From Phoronis australis (Eukaryota > Animalia > Phoronida), in assembly GCA_002633005.1 (NCBI GenBank), contig NMRA01000253.1, positions 135,251-199,250 on the forward strand: a stretch of DNA of 64,000 nucleotides. Reading direction: 5' to 3'. Of the stretch, positions 1 to 11,568 are shown one piece after another. The notes beneath the pieces are model-generated. The model saw only the letters and a program-made list of their open reading frames with translations, had not been told where the DNA came from and made no database searches. Numbering within the stretch: the stretch's first letter is position 1; the number at the start of each line of letters is the position of its first letter. A program made the position numbers and the translations under genes.

Positions 1-2713
1 GTGTGGAAAGGAGCAAAAGTATAGGTTGATACTGCGATGTAATGCGGAACGGTCCCGCCAAAATATGGGCGGTGCAGCACTGAAAAAATTGGGCTGTAGC
101 CACCCCCAGCCCCCTATGGTGCGCCGCGCATGCAAAAGCGGTGCGGCTAGCAAAATGTACGGTATCGAATATGTCAACTGAAAACAACCGGAGCATGTGG
201 ACCGTGATTCAAAAGTTGCACGAGACTTCTCCTGGGTCGAACGAAAATTAGGGCTAAATCAATCGGACGTACTCTACTTCAAATTACCAAATCCTATAAG
301 ACTGAGCTCTTAGAGTTGGAGAACTTCTAAACACCTTCCGACTAGTCTGATCCGACGGTCGGTTTCACGTGCATTTGGTGTGCTTACAGAGCGTAGTAGT
401 TGTCAAATGACGCAAAGGACACAGTGTGGTCGGCCAGTCTGTATTTGACTAATTATGGGGGTAATTGTGCATTGATCTTTAGGGGCATGATTGTTCTGAT
501 TGCAATTTTTACGTTCATTTGCTATGTACGTGATTGTTCGTCGTTGTGTAATGCTGGTGTAACTAATTGATAATGGCTTTCGAAGCCTTGGCCTTGCATA
601 CTTTGCAAAATACTGTTTTGAACTAAGGCTAATTTATTGTTTAAACGTTGCATCTTTTTTACCGTGGGCTGCCGAGTTATTAATTTATTGACATTCGGCA
701 TGTATAGGTTATATTGACCGAAGTTACCTCGAGGACAGTTAAGAGATGTGGCCAAGTTCGCAAAGGTCAAATACAGCGGCGCATTGTTGCAACTATCGGA
801 CTTCGCAACCCGTTGCACATTTTTCAATAAAAACAAAACAGTCCGGTTTTCGATCTACGTCAACAGAGAGCGTGACATCTGCTGAGGAATCTTCCATTCC
901 ACGATTAAAGTTTATTGTAAAAGTCACAAAATAACTAATTGATAAAGGCTTTATGGCATTCAGATTTAGGACAACAAGTTATATCGTTCAAACTAGTTTA
1001 TTCGTTTCAAAAACCAGTGTCTGAGGTATTTTTTAAACGCGCTTGCTGAAATTATTCGGGTCTGTTTCAGTTTAGTAACTTAGCAGAGAAGCACATTTTC
1101 GATATGATACAGGCGTGAACCTGGTGTCCGTTCCAAGAAAAATCACTTATCTAAGATAAATCTAAAATTTCAGTCAATTTCAAAATAAAACTTAAATTTG
1201 TCTCACATCTCTTTCAAGAAACAAATCTTTAGTTTGACTTAATTTTTTGTCAAAGTTATATCTTGATTTTGACTGACTTACCGAATCTAGAAGTTTCAAA
1301 ATTTGGAAGTTGAGACAAATATTGCACTTTTGTCAAAAATCAACTTAAGTTAGTTTTTTGTCAAGGGTCCTTGAACCAAACATTTTTTCTAACTTAAGTC
1401 TTCAACATCTTTATTAGTGACGTGTTGTTCCGGTAGTCTGAGTTTAAATTTCAGGCTACCGAAACAATACGATATTAATGAGTATTGTTCCTACCGTATT
1501 AATAACGATTCTTCTAACGGGCGTTTCAATTTCGCCGATTCCTTCAAGGACAAGTTACTGCCGTTAACTTGATTTATTCGAGATTGAAGCTTACAATTTT
1601 GGTTTGTCTCAATTGACTGAGCACCGCGCGGTAATTTAGATGCGATGCAATTGCATTTCGGTCTATACAGGTACACTCCTCCTGTTTCATTTAATCTGTT
1701 TGAAAATATTTAAATAGATCAAATGCAAAGAAAATTAGGCTAAACAATGGTCGAATGATACTTTTGCAACATGACGTCAATTTTTACGTTTTTTAAAGAA
1801 AATCCATAGTATAAAAACAAAGACACAAAAGACAGTGATCTCCGTCTAAAATAATTTTGTGATATCATGTGAGTGATGACTTGCAGGCAATGTTTGTCCT
1901 AAACTGATGAAATCCTACAATGGATTATTTGAAATGACTGCGGTGTCTGAAATGGAACGTACTGTAAAACGTGACTTTAAAAGACCTATTCGTGTAAATA
2001 CATTGTCGTAAGAATGAGGAAATGGAGGACGCGTTAATAAATTCAAGCATAGGACTTAGCATTTGAATCCCAAATACGTACGTCGTTCTTTCGAATTGGC
2101 TTGAAAATCTGAAAATTGAGAATGTCCTTTGCAAAAAGATGGAGCTTTCGAGTAGTATACTGTACATGTAATTAATTCTGACACCAACAAGAATGCTCAG
2201 AACGGATATATCTGTCAAATGGTAGTTTACGGAACTTCTCTTTTTTCCCACGCTCTGACAGGCCATAATAATACACAACGGATTACAATCATTCCCGTCA
2301 ATAGCAGGAAAAAGACCGCCTGCCTTCCACTGTGATAATAAGAGCTTGAAGGGAACGACAGTTCGGCGAAGGATCACAGTCTCACGGCGGTAATCCGACC
2401 TTTGTCGTGTAACAAGCCTATTGTTGTTTCCACAAAGGTATCACCTGTCACCGAATCAAACCAGAGGCGTTACGTGGACTTGTGACTTAGGACTTTTTCA
2501 ACCAGTCTGTGCGTTCAACCACATGTCTACAACACTATATGATCTAACTCAGTAATAGTATTATCTTTTTAAAGTATAAAGTCTGTCAATCTACAAATGA
2601 TTTTTTCAAGTTCCCATGTCATTTTATCCAAATTAATCAAAAATAAAGGTACACGTCATTCATAGCAAAACAATGGTATTAATAGCGTGACATTACATAA
2701 AACATTAGGTCAG

Positions 2714-3114
2714 GGCCCGGTCTCTAATCTTTGTACTCGAAACGAACTCGAAACTATTTTTGGCAATTTCTCTGCTCCTTTTGTGCGAACTTAAGATATT
2801 TGGTTATCAGACTGTGCTCGAATACATTATAATTTATGCATAGGAGTTTCTAGTTCAAGTTTGCCCTTGAAGACCCTTATATTCGTGCTACAAACTCGAG
2901 TAAAAACTCGAAATTTCGAGTTTAAACTCGAATTTATTGCTTTAATATTGGGTTTACAAACTGTGAAATAAGGGCAATAAATTATCTACGTAAGTTATTG
3001 TGTACTCGAGCATAGAATAATAGACACTTATCTTGATTTCGCCCAAAAGTAGAGTACAAAATGCCAAACCTAATTTTGAGTTCCATTTCGAGTAAAAAGA
3101 TTGGAGACCGGGCC
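2714..3114. mobile_element. Palindromic MITE, PIF/Harbinger-type (non-autonomous DNA transposon)
   Basis: Long imperfect inverted arms, GGCCCGGTCTCTAATCTTTGTACTCGAAA ... TTTCGAGTAAAAAGATTGGAGACCGGGCC. Flanked by a 3-bp direct repeat CAG (2711-2713, 3115-3117). GGCC termini with a CWG TSD are typical of Harbinger-derived MITEs. A diverged second copy lies at about 61929-62290. Confidence 0.8.
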
Positions 3115-3465
3115 CAGGTTGTATCTTATTGACAACTCTGTGCATTGATTCAGCTAACTGTCTACAAATCTATAAAATCAAATTCAGTAAATACTAGATT
3201 TTGATGTTTGGCTCGATACCAATCTACAAATCGTATGGTCACGTGACCATGTCTTTTTAGCAAAACAAGGCATGTACATTCACAGCAAGATAATGTTATC
3301 GATAGTTTGACCACTGAGCTTTAGTGTACTGTACCTCCTGGTATAGCGCAATGGTATGACAAAATTTCGGTTGGTATGAGTGTTCGAGATAAAATCTCCA
3401 AAATGCTGCGCTAATTTTCTAAATTGTCATATCGTTTTCGTTATAGGCAACTTTGAACTTTTCAT

Positions 3466-3625
3466 AAAACTGATGAAGTCCATTTTTGATGACTCGTTTT
3501 TCAAAAGCGTGGCATTTTAAAAACAGTTTCCCATAATGTTTGTGGTGAACATAGCTTAAAACATAGCATCTGAAATTTCTATTTGGACTCAATCGGCCAT
3601 TTTGAGATTTAATCTTCCGAAATGA
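3466..3625 (+). repeat. Old dispersed repeat (DNA-transposon relic), related to 46878-47022
   Basis: Colinear similarity by eye: AAAACTGATGAAGTCCATTTTTGAT...TTTGGACTCAATCGGCCATTTTGAGATTTAATCTTCCGAA versus AAAACCATGAAAGTCCTATTTTGAT...TTTGAATCCGATTAGCCATTTCTGAGATATGATTTTCCGAA. Confidence 0.4.
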
Positions 3626-4620
3626 GTCGAGTTTTTAATTTTTCTATGGTCCTTCATACTGTAACCTCAACGGTGTTTTGAAACTTTGATAATAAATCTA
3701 GCGCACAATGCCATTCTATGTCTACATTTAAATGTTCTTTTTTAAAGTAAATGTACGTGCATGTACATGTACATGCAATTCAGTTGTAGTATAATCATCT
3801 TCCAATAGTATATTTTTACACGACATTCAATCCATAAAACTACATATATATGATTAAATAAGATATTTCATTGTTATCACACTGTCGTATGATGTGCTCA
3901 AAATGTCGGCCATGTTTAGTCACGTCGCCGAGGTATTTCTTTCAAAAACGATACTTCATAGTCAAGGAGAGCGAGCGAATGAATTTGTTGGGCAAATGTT
4001 TTGTAATTATAGTACTTTTTTCTCTGCGTTACAAAAGTACGTCTGGAACTTTTTGTCAAGAACGCGACTGTCTTGAAACAAAAATCTTAACATTATGGCG
4101 GAAATGCGTAAGTCTTGATCGTCTGCAGTCGAATAATTAGGCTAAAGTTATCAACAAAAAAACCTCAGACACATGGTTATGAATATAAAAACCAAAAACG
4201 AAATTTGTAAGTAACTGCTGATACATGCATTTGTCACTTCTCAAGTTGCGGTAACAACCTCCGGAAAACTTATTTCTTGCCCGCAACACGTTTACATGTA
4301 TGTGGTCATCAAGAATTTCATAAATACATCGTTTCTTTGTAGAAAATTAATATTGATAACGCAAGTAGGTAGTGTTGTGGTCTCGTTTATTACGAATGTC
4401 AGTAAATGGGCGCAGCTTTCGGTGGTGTATTGGTGAACATATCTTGTAGTGTAATTGATCCGCGCGATATTAACATATTGCGTTCCATTTGTGACAGATT
4501 GACATGATTGTTGGAAAAGTAATGTGTTTAAAAGCTGGAAAGCAACAGAATAAAATTACAAAGTCGCTACTCCACGCATGCGGTATCATTGGATTTTTCT
4601 TTTAATTTTGCAGCCCTGGG

Positions 4621-4736
4621 TAGAGTTCAGTAACACCAGAACGCAAGACTTTGCTGTATATTTTAAATGCAATCACGTGATTTTGGCTAGACTTTGCGAG
4701 ATCTTACGGCGTAGGTCATAGCGTTACTGAACTCTA
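4621..4736. mobile_element. 116-bp mini inverted-repeat element (MITE-like)
   Basis: Perfect 14-bp inverted repeat TAGAGTTCAGTAAC (4621-4634) / GTTACTGAACTCTA (4723-4736). The outer TA may be the TSD. Central palindrome AATCACGTGATT. Confidence 0.6.
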
Positions 4737-4949
4737 ACTTAGTGTGGATTTTGAAACCAGTTGCAATCTTCAACTGAAATTTGTGTACTGGGTTCCCTAT
4801 TTGTTAATTTGTTAAACCATCTTATGTCCCGCCCAAATTCAGTAAGTGAATGGCTATACAGTACTTATCATATGCCCGTGAACATGAGATTATTTGATTC
4901 GCAACAATTACACAATGACGCATCACTGGCAGAACGAATCAGCGAATCG

Positions 4950-5060
4950 CACATCACGTGACAGTTCAGATCATATTGTGATTGGTGTTTACCCTGTAGA
5001 CTATCACGTGTCATTCTTCTGGCCTATAAATAACCACAACCAGTGCATCAACACCAGTAA
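4950..5060 (+). promoter_or_regulatory. Pol II core promoter: E-boxes, CCAAT (reverse), TATA box and Inr
   Basis: ATCACGTG at about 4953 and 5003, ATTGG at 4981, TATAAATA at 5025-5032. Inr-like CAGT at 5055-5058, about 30 nt after the TATA and 15 nt before the ATG at 5073. Confidence 0.55.
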
Positions 5061-5072
5061 AACATTTTGGCG

Positions 5073-5345
5073 ATGGATCACGTTCCTGTTCGTGCTCAAC
5101 TGCAACGTGCTCAAGAAGATTTTCGCCAGGCGTACGCCTTGGTTCGTCGTCTAGAGAAAGACGTAAAGAAGTTGCGCGTGTTGCTCCAGCAGTCCATCGA
5201 GAAGAATCAAGAGTGCACCGCGGTGAAACTTCGGCTGCGAATGTTTCACGTGAGTTGTGCTCGAGAGAAATGCTTCGACTACGCTCAAGAACTAGACGAT
5301 CGTGTCGTCATTTTGCACAGAAGATCTCTCGGGCTTCCCGATTGA
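5073..5345 (+). CDS. Small intronless 90-aa helical/coiled-coil protein, function unknown
   Basis: ATG in good context (GCGATGG) directly after a TATA/Inr promoter, in a locally GC-richer stretch. Amphipathic heptad pattern: LQRAQEDFRQAYALVRRLEKDVKKLRVLLQQ...LRLRM...FDYAQEL. Confidence 0.55.
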   Translation: MDHVPVRAQLQRAQEDFRQAYALVRRLEKDVKKLRVLLQQSIEKNQECTAVKLRLRMFHVSCAREKCFDYAQELDDRVVILHRRSLGLPD

Positions 5346-8004
5346 TTCTTTCGTCGCCAGCGAGATACAAAACAACAGTCCTTTTAAGGACTACCCACTA
5401 CTTCCAAAGAGGGCTGTTTACTATAACCTAGAATCCTTATTCTCACACAAGGTATTACATAACTGTCAAAATACCTATTTCCCGTCCGAACAACTAAACC
5501 TTCACTTCCAAATTTGCTTTCGCTGAGATAGTGCAGGTTATAATGTTATCATAAAGTTGTTAGTGTTCCAATTTGATGATAATCACGGACTCAAATTTGC
5601 GAAGTTTAAAAACGCAAAGCACCGGTTAATAGGACATTATTTTTGTTACCTCAATACAACTCAACGTTTAACTGGTACATCGGAAAATCCCCCATAAAAT
5701 GTTTATGTGTGTGTGCTAAAATATTTCTGCATTGTCTGTGGCCTGCTGTAAAAACTAGTCAAGAAGCGAGCATTTCCGTCCATTTATATCATGGACAAAG
5801 TTTAGACTAAAAACCATTTGCCACCTTTTCACTGGTGAAAATGAACATTTTGGGCGTTATCTTTCCTACGAGACAAATCTTTCGCACACGGCATTTCCGT
5901 AGCCTTGGTTACGCGTACCCCGACTGGTGAGTAATCGACCTAACAACATGTTGCTCGCTGTTTAATTGTTTCTACAATCGCTTTTAACTGAACAAACACA
6001 ATGACATCCTGTGTTGAATAGTGGGTTGGTCACTGAATACAGGGGTCAGTTACGGGAACTCGATTATTTGGAAGACTATCCAAATGCGCTGTTGCTGGAC
6101 GCACAGGTACTCAAAGCCAGGCAAAGTAACATTACGGTGATACTGTACACGACACGGATTCATTTCATTGCCTTTATACCATATCAAACTTCGATTATTT
6201 TACATTCGGCAAAGTCCAGGGGTATACTGCAATAGTTCTGGAAGTCGTCACAGAAGATAACCACTGCTCCTTACAACATTTCTTGTTCTTGAAACTTTAT
6301 TAAACTCTATTTGTTTTTTATGTTAGAGCGTTGTTTACCATAACAATCAATGAGTAACTCATCCGCCTATCGAGGTTGCTGAGCAATAACTTGATGTCAT
6401 TTTACAAGTCTTCATTTGAATTGTCACCATTATTCGATAAATGTCAGCAACAAAAACCTCCGTGGCTATCGGTGCATTGTTTAGTTTCTTAATTTTGTGA
6501 CAGGTGTCGCCAGTGTAGAGTTGACTGTTCATTAGAGACCACAAGAGTATCCTGGCTCCCGACCAGCAGTGAAATGAGTTGAACGGAAACACTTGTAAAT
6601 TTGGTTCCTACAGTATGTAAAGAGCATCGCTCTAAGCCCACTAGTGCCCTAAATTGACAAATGTAACGAACTGTTAGGCGTATTGGCTTGCTTTAGTAGT
6701 GTTCGTTACCTCGAGAATCACCGTTTAAATCAAACAATGCGAATAACACCTGCACACAATGGCTTTCTATCCAGACCCAACTGTTATCGGCCTTTAGTTG
6801 TTTTTGTTGGGATATAACGGTGACACAATATGGCACGAAAAAGCAGCTTCATCTATCATTTGACAGGCTTACATTTGCGTGATTGAACTCGTGTTTTCTT
6901 ATTTTAATAAGGCTTTGCTAGGACTATCTGGCTGTAGCCCAATACATGTACATTTAAAATTAGGTTAAAGTTAGCCTTGCTTCGTCAAGGTCCCCTTATT
7001 TTATTAGAGAATACCAAGGTAAAATATTTTTATTATAAACCTAACAATTGTAAATTGCATCCAGCTTTAGTAACAATATTTACAGTAAGTTGGAATCTAT
7101 AGAATGGTGTTTGAAGTTGTAATATCAAAACTTTACAAATGTTTATAAATAACTGTCAGCATGGCTTCCCGCGCGTGAGTACTGAATTGACTTTGAGACA
7201 GCACAGCTAGACAGTCTCACCGCGTTTCGTTAGATTGGTTTAGTCTCTGTTTGAATGAACGTGGTTATGGAATTTATTGTTTGCATGTCCTGCCGACCGA
7301 GTTGCGACAACCGATTTGTCCATCATAAAATTGTCGCCTTCACGAAATTCCGGCATTTTTTGGTTGCCGGCCGTTTGGTTGTTTTAGTATTTTGCGGACG
7401 ATAAAGTGTAAGGCGTATGGATTTCTACTTTGTGCTACTTTGTGATTTGTCCATGTAACATCAAAAAATTACATATAAATTGTCGTGTCGTAACACATTA
7501 CAGGTAATGTGAGATAAAAATGAAATGTCACTGCGTTGCAATTAAATGTAGATGCGACAGTGGAATGATGTGACGTTTTTTAACACTAAAACATGGCTAA
7601 CAACTGTTTTGTGTATGATTTGTTGGTATTTGCTAAGCTATTCTCAACTTGAAAAGGATTGAAATATCTTATTTTTGTCGCATATTTAATCATCCCAGTT
7701 GTGGCCAATTTCTGTTAATACGCTAAAGCAGGTTTCGTTTTTGTTTTTGTGATTGTTGTTATTCTTTGTTATATTCTCATCGAAGGACACCATCTATTGT
7801 TTGTTCTTGCGGGTTATTGGGGACAAATAAAAGAAGAATAATGCATATCTTAAGTTGTATTGGGAATTTCAGGGTCGCAGCTCTACAAATAAATATTTCA
7901 CAGACGGAACCAAATGGGTTCGTTAATTACAAGAGATAACACACACATTTCCGATACTTAAAGTGTATTTGAGTATCGAATACTAAGTGGCACAGGTTAG
8001 CATA

Positions 8005-8172
8005 GTACCTTATTGGTACGTAATACCAAATGGGTATTGGCCGATTGCCTACCAACTGGGTTGAGCAAAACGGCAAATTCAATAACAACGAGTACCAACT
8101 GGGTACAAACTTCCAAATGGGCAAATATAATATAAAGTACCAAGAGGGTACACCAAACAGCCAACTGGGCTA
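8005..8172. repeat. Cluster of about 7 degenerate TACCAA(A/C)TGGGTA motifs, probable transposon subterminal repeats
   Basis: Copies at about 8024, 8050, 8093, 8111, 8138 and 8160, plus an inverted variant at 8005. Spacing is irregular. Confidence 0.5.
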
Positions 8173-8582
8173 TAACAACCTCAAAGCAGGTTCCGGACAA
8201 GCTGAGTGAGCAGACCAGTCGGAGTGAAAACAGGGTACATGTATACATGTATGCGACTCTACATGAGACAACGTTTCTTTATACTTTCCCGTCCATGGTG
8301 GCATGGTTGGTTGTCTCTTTCATAAATGCAGTTTATTCGTATAGCAATTATGCCGTACAAACATCCTAAGGAATTTTGAGCGAGAACTGTGCAATTATTA
8401 GGCAGACATAGAGGAGAGTGAATATGGGAACCACACTCAAGTACTTGGAGAATCGGAGCATGAATTTTATTTCGGAAATGAGCGAGCTTTCGTCTGCTTT
8501 GAGGCCTTGCAGAACTTGACCCACATGCACAAAAATCCTACAGCCATATGTGAGCCACAACCGACTGAACTAAAGGGTGGTC

Positions 8583-9367
8583 GGTAATTGTTTACAATAT
8601 GACGACAATGACTTAGACATATGATTTTGGTATCGTTCAATTCCTCGCAATGTTATCTTTCCAAATATACACAGAAATTTCTCCTACCCCGTTCCCTTAG
8701 TATTTTATCGTGAAATTTCTTCTAGCACTACTTCCTGGTACGCAGTAGTAATACCGCCATGTTGAATGGAAGGAGTTACCTGGCGGTCAAAAAGTGAACT
8801 AATCTACCGACTTGCAGATCGTCGCTTTTCATAAGTTCAAATTGACCGAGACCCGTCAATCCCCTGCCCGAGTTACGGAACCAAGGATTCGAATTCGATC
8901 CTATGGTGACCCTGATATACGCATCTGCTAGCAGGAATCCGCCAAAACAGCGGAGGTTGTTTTTGAGGTCCGGTGAATTTGTGAAAAGAGTATCACTTCA
9001 GACAATTCCGTGGAAAAATGGCCAAATGGTCACAATTCTAAAAAATGGAAAAGGGAAAATGCTTCTACTTGTTCATCAATATTATGTCAGGAAAACTTTA
9101 GCGGGAATCTCGCACAGGCAAACACCATTCATTCAGAATCAATGATGCTGTTTCATTTATTAACAGTAGGTGTCGCTGTAATCTTGAGTTGAGCTAACAT
9201 GGCGGTGTCCACCGGGAAATAGTGCCAACTGAAATTCGACGATAAAATACTAAGGGAACGGGGTAGGAGAAATTTCTGTGTATATTTGGAAAGATGACGG
9301 CGCGAGGAATCGAACGATACCAAAATCATATCTCTAAGTCATTGTCCTCATATTGTAAACAATTACC
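8583..9367. mobile_element. Non-autonomous Merlin/IS1016-type DNA transposon (785 bp)
   Basis: About 180-bp imperfect TIRs beginning GGTAATTGTTTACAATATGA and ending TCATATTGTAAACAATTACC. Perfect 8-bp TSD GGGTGGTC at 8575-8582 and 9368-9375. A GGTAA terminus plus an 8-bp TSD fits the Merlin superfamily. No transposase ORF inside. Confidence 0.8.
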
Positions 9368-11568
9368 GGGTGGTCAATATTCACAAAATGGACACTGAGG
9401 TCACAGTAAACTTAGGTCACTCGTGTCGAAGCACAAAGCATGTAACTACGTGTCGTAGCACTTGATTTGGGCCGGGGTCGAGAGTCTGACATCACTCGGC
9501 CTTGAATGGAAGCAGTCTGTTCGTTATTTAAAAAACTTGAAAAGGTACTTACAAGGTGGCGAATCCTTCATTGTAACGCAGCCTTTGTGTTTGGTCGAAA
9601 CACGATTCCTTGAAATGTGCGCAGTGTGGCTCACTATGTACACTGTATCTATTCCAGATTTTGTAAAGAAGGTAATCGGTTGCATGTGCATGCATTATTG
9701 CAAAATATTCAGTCCAAGGTCATTTCTCAAATATGTACTATTTGGATCGAAGGGGTCAGGTTCACCTGTTCTCCGAAATACACTGTACTCGGAAGAGCTA
9801 AAGATAACGTCATCGCCTAAGAAGGTCACAACTACAACCATCCCGTTTTGAAATATCGCATCTGGCAGATATCTATGTGAGCAAATGAATGTGATAGACA
9901 TTAAATTAGTGTATGCAGTTATACAATGTATTGCACGCTTTTGTTAGTCGGTTTGTGGTGATGAAAAAAGATGTAGCAATCGTGACTACAACTTCTCCAT
10001 GCATTGAACAGTTTGTCAAATATGTAGGATTTTCCAAAGTTGAATTCTTAGTTCAACCCCTAAATATTGACCTGAAACCCCGTTTTATTGAAAAACATCT
10101 TCGTTGTTCACCCATAGATTTCATTTTGCGACTGAACGGTGCGCTGTCTGAGGGGAGTGACAAGATGTGTCGCGAACAGAAATAGTAACACAGGGCACCT
10201 ATACCGCTCCCAGTGGATCTTTGGTACTAACAGCTACAGTTAGATTGTGGTTTCCGACGGTGGAAATTTTCTGTGACGCTGTTAAAGGAGACTATTTATT
10301 TGTTGTTGATCATTCCACCTAAGAGCTAATAAAACTATACATCAAAAAACCCGTGAAACGTTATGTCCTCACATCTGCCTGACCTTCTCATGCAATGACT
10401 TAAAATTTTCGTGGTTAATGAATAGAAAGAAAGGACGCTAAAGGACATTCTTCAATAGAATTTACACTGTACATGCTAAAGACTACACGGCGCAGAATGA
10501 GAAAGTTGCGTCGACAGCATTGGAATAATGTGTAGGAGCACCATTTGTAAGTGAGCGAGCGAAGGAGCATGCCCTTGAGCGGGTAAAAGCGGGCATGGTG
10601 GGGTATGCAAGCCCAAGATGACTAACGTGCTGGATACACTTTTGTCCGAAGTACACGCGTTCGCTGAGGAGAATTGCATTTTACGGGAAATTGGTCGTAA
10701 GCTCGTCGGTTGATAGACGTATCCACTGTTGACTTTATGTTTTTCTTATAATAAAGATAACGGTAACCATTTATCGGTAATCGGCTGATGTGCGACCGAG
10801 TACGATATCCGTGTGACCTTTTTGTTACATCCAACAAAGACTCATGCAGGATAGGAAAACAATGGTACATGTACCGTCCCATAAGCGATAGCCATGTTAC
10901 GCGCATACGCACTCCATACGCACGGATCTCGCAAGTTAAACAATAGTTTGCAACCTCCATACAAAGTCATTTAACATGAGGGAATTGTTGCTTTCCCCAA
11001 CAACTTTTTGGGCAGCAGAAACCCTCAGCACGCTGAAAGAACCCTATTCACAAACGTTGAATAACAAGTACACGGTTGATACATTTAGTACCTTGCATCA
11101 AATGTTCACTTTGCAAAAAATTCTGCCTGGACAAGCTACAGTCGTCGACAACATGCATCGTGACAGGATGTCAACAACAACGAAGCATTATAATGCACGC
11201 GTCCACGATCGACTAGGTCAGGTTTTGCTTTTATTTCTGACGACTTCTAACTGCAATTGTGAGCAATATAATCAAATAGTAACCCTTGGGCATTTCAGGG
11301 AACTGAATTATTTGCAACGAATGATAACAGTCTGGATGTGAAACAACAAAATGACTGATTAACTATGAGATAATAAAGTAGAATTCTGGCATCAGTTTGG
11401 TTATATTGTGGTTCAAAAACATGAATAACATGATCTCTTTCCACTACTTAGTCGATAACCATTATGGCTGTCACAGCCAATAGATTACTAACCGAAAGGT
11501 GGCGCTGCCTAACAAAAATGCTAATTTAGCTGATTCATTAGCAGTTGGCACGCCTCAGTTTACTTACA

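Noticed and set aside
1121-1400. Possible degraded Harbinger-like MITE
   Set aside because: The right terminus and TSD could not be defined.
7285-7445. THAP-like Cys pattern (SCRPSCDN...LHEIP)
   Set aside because: Needs several frameshifts to assemble and is not distinguishable from chance by eye.
8005-8172. Repeat-spacer-like array of TACCAACTGGGTA
   Set aside because: The repeats are short, degenerate and irregularly spaced, better explained as transposon subterminal motifs.
8903-9192. ORFs inside the Merlin-type element as a transposase
   Set aside because: Short, with no DDE or other recognisable motif.
10622-10960. HGYRTRS motif reminiscent of a CR1/L2 LINE 3' end
   Set aside because: Only one short motif; the expected downstream WN.LP signature is absent.
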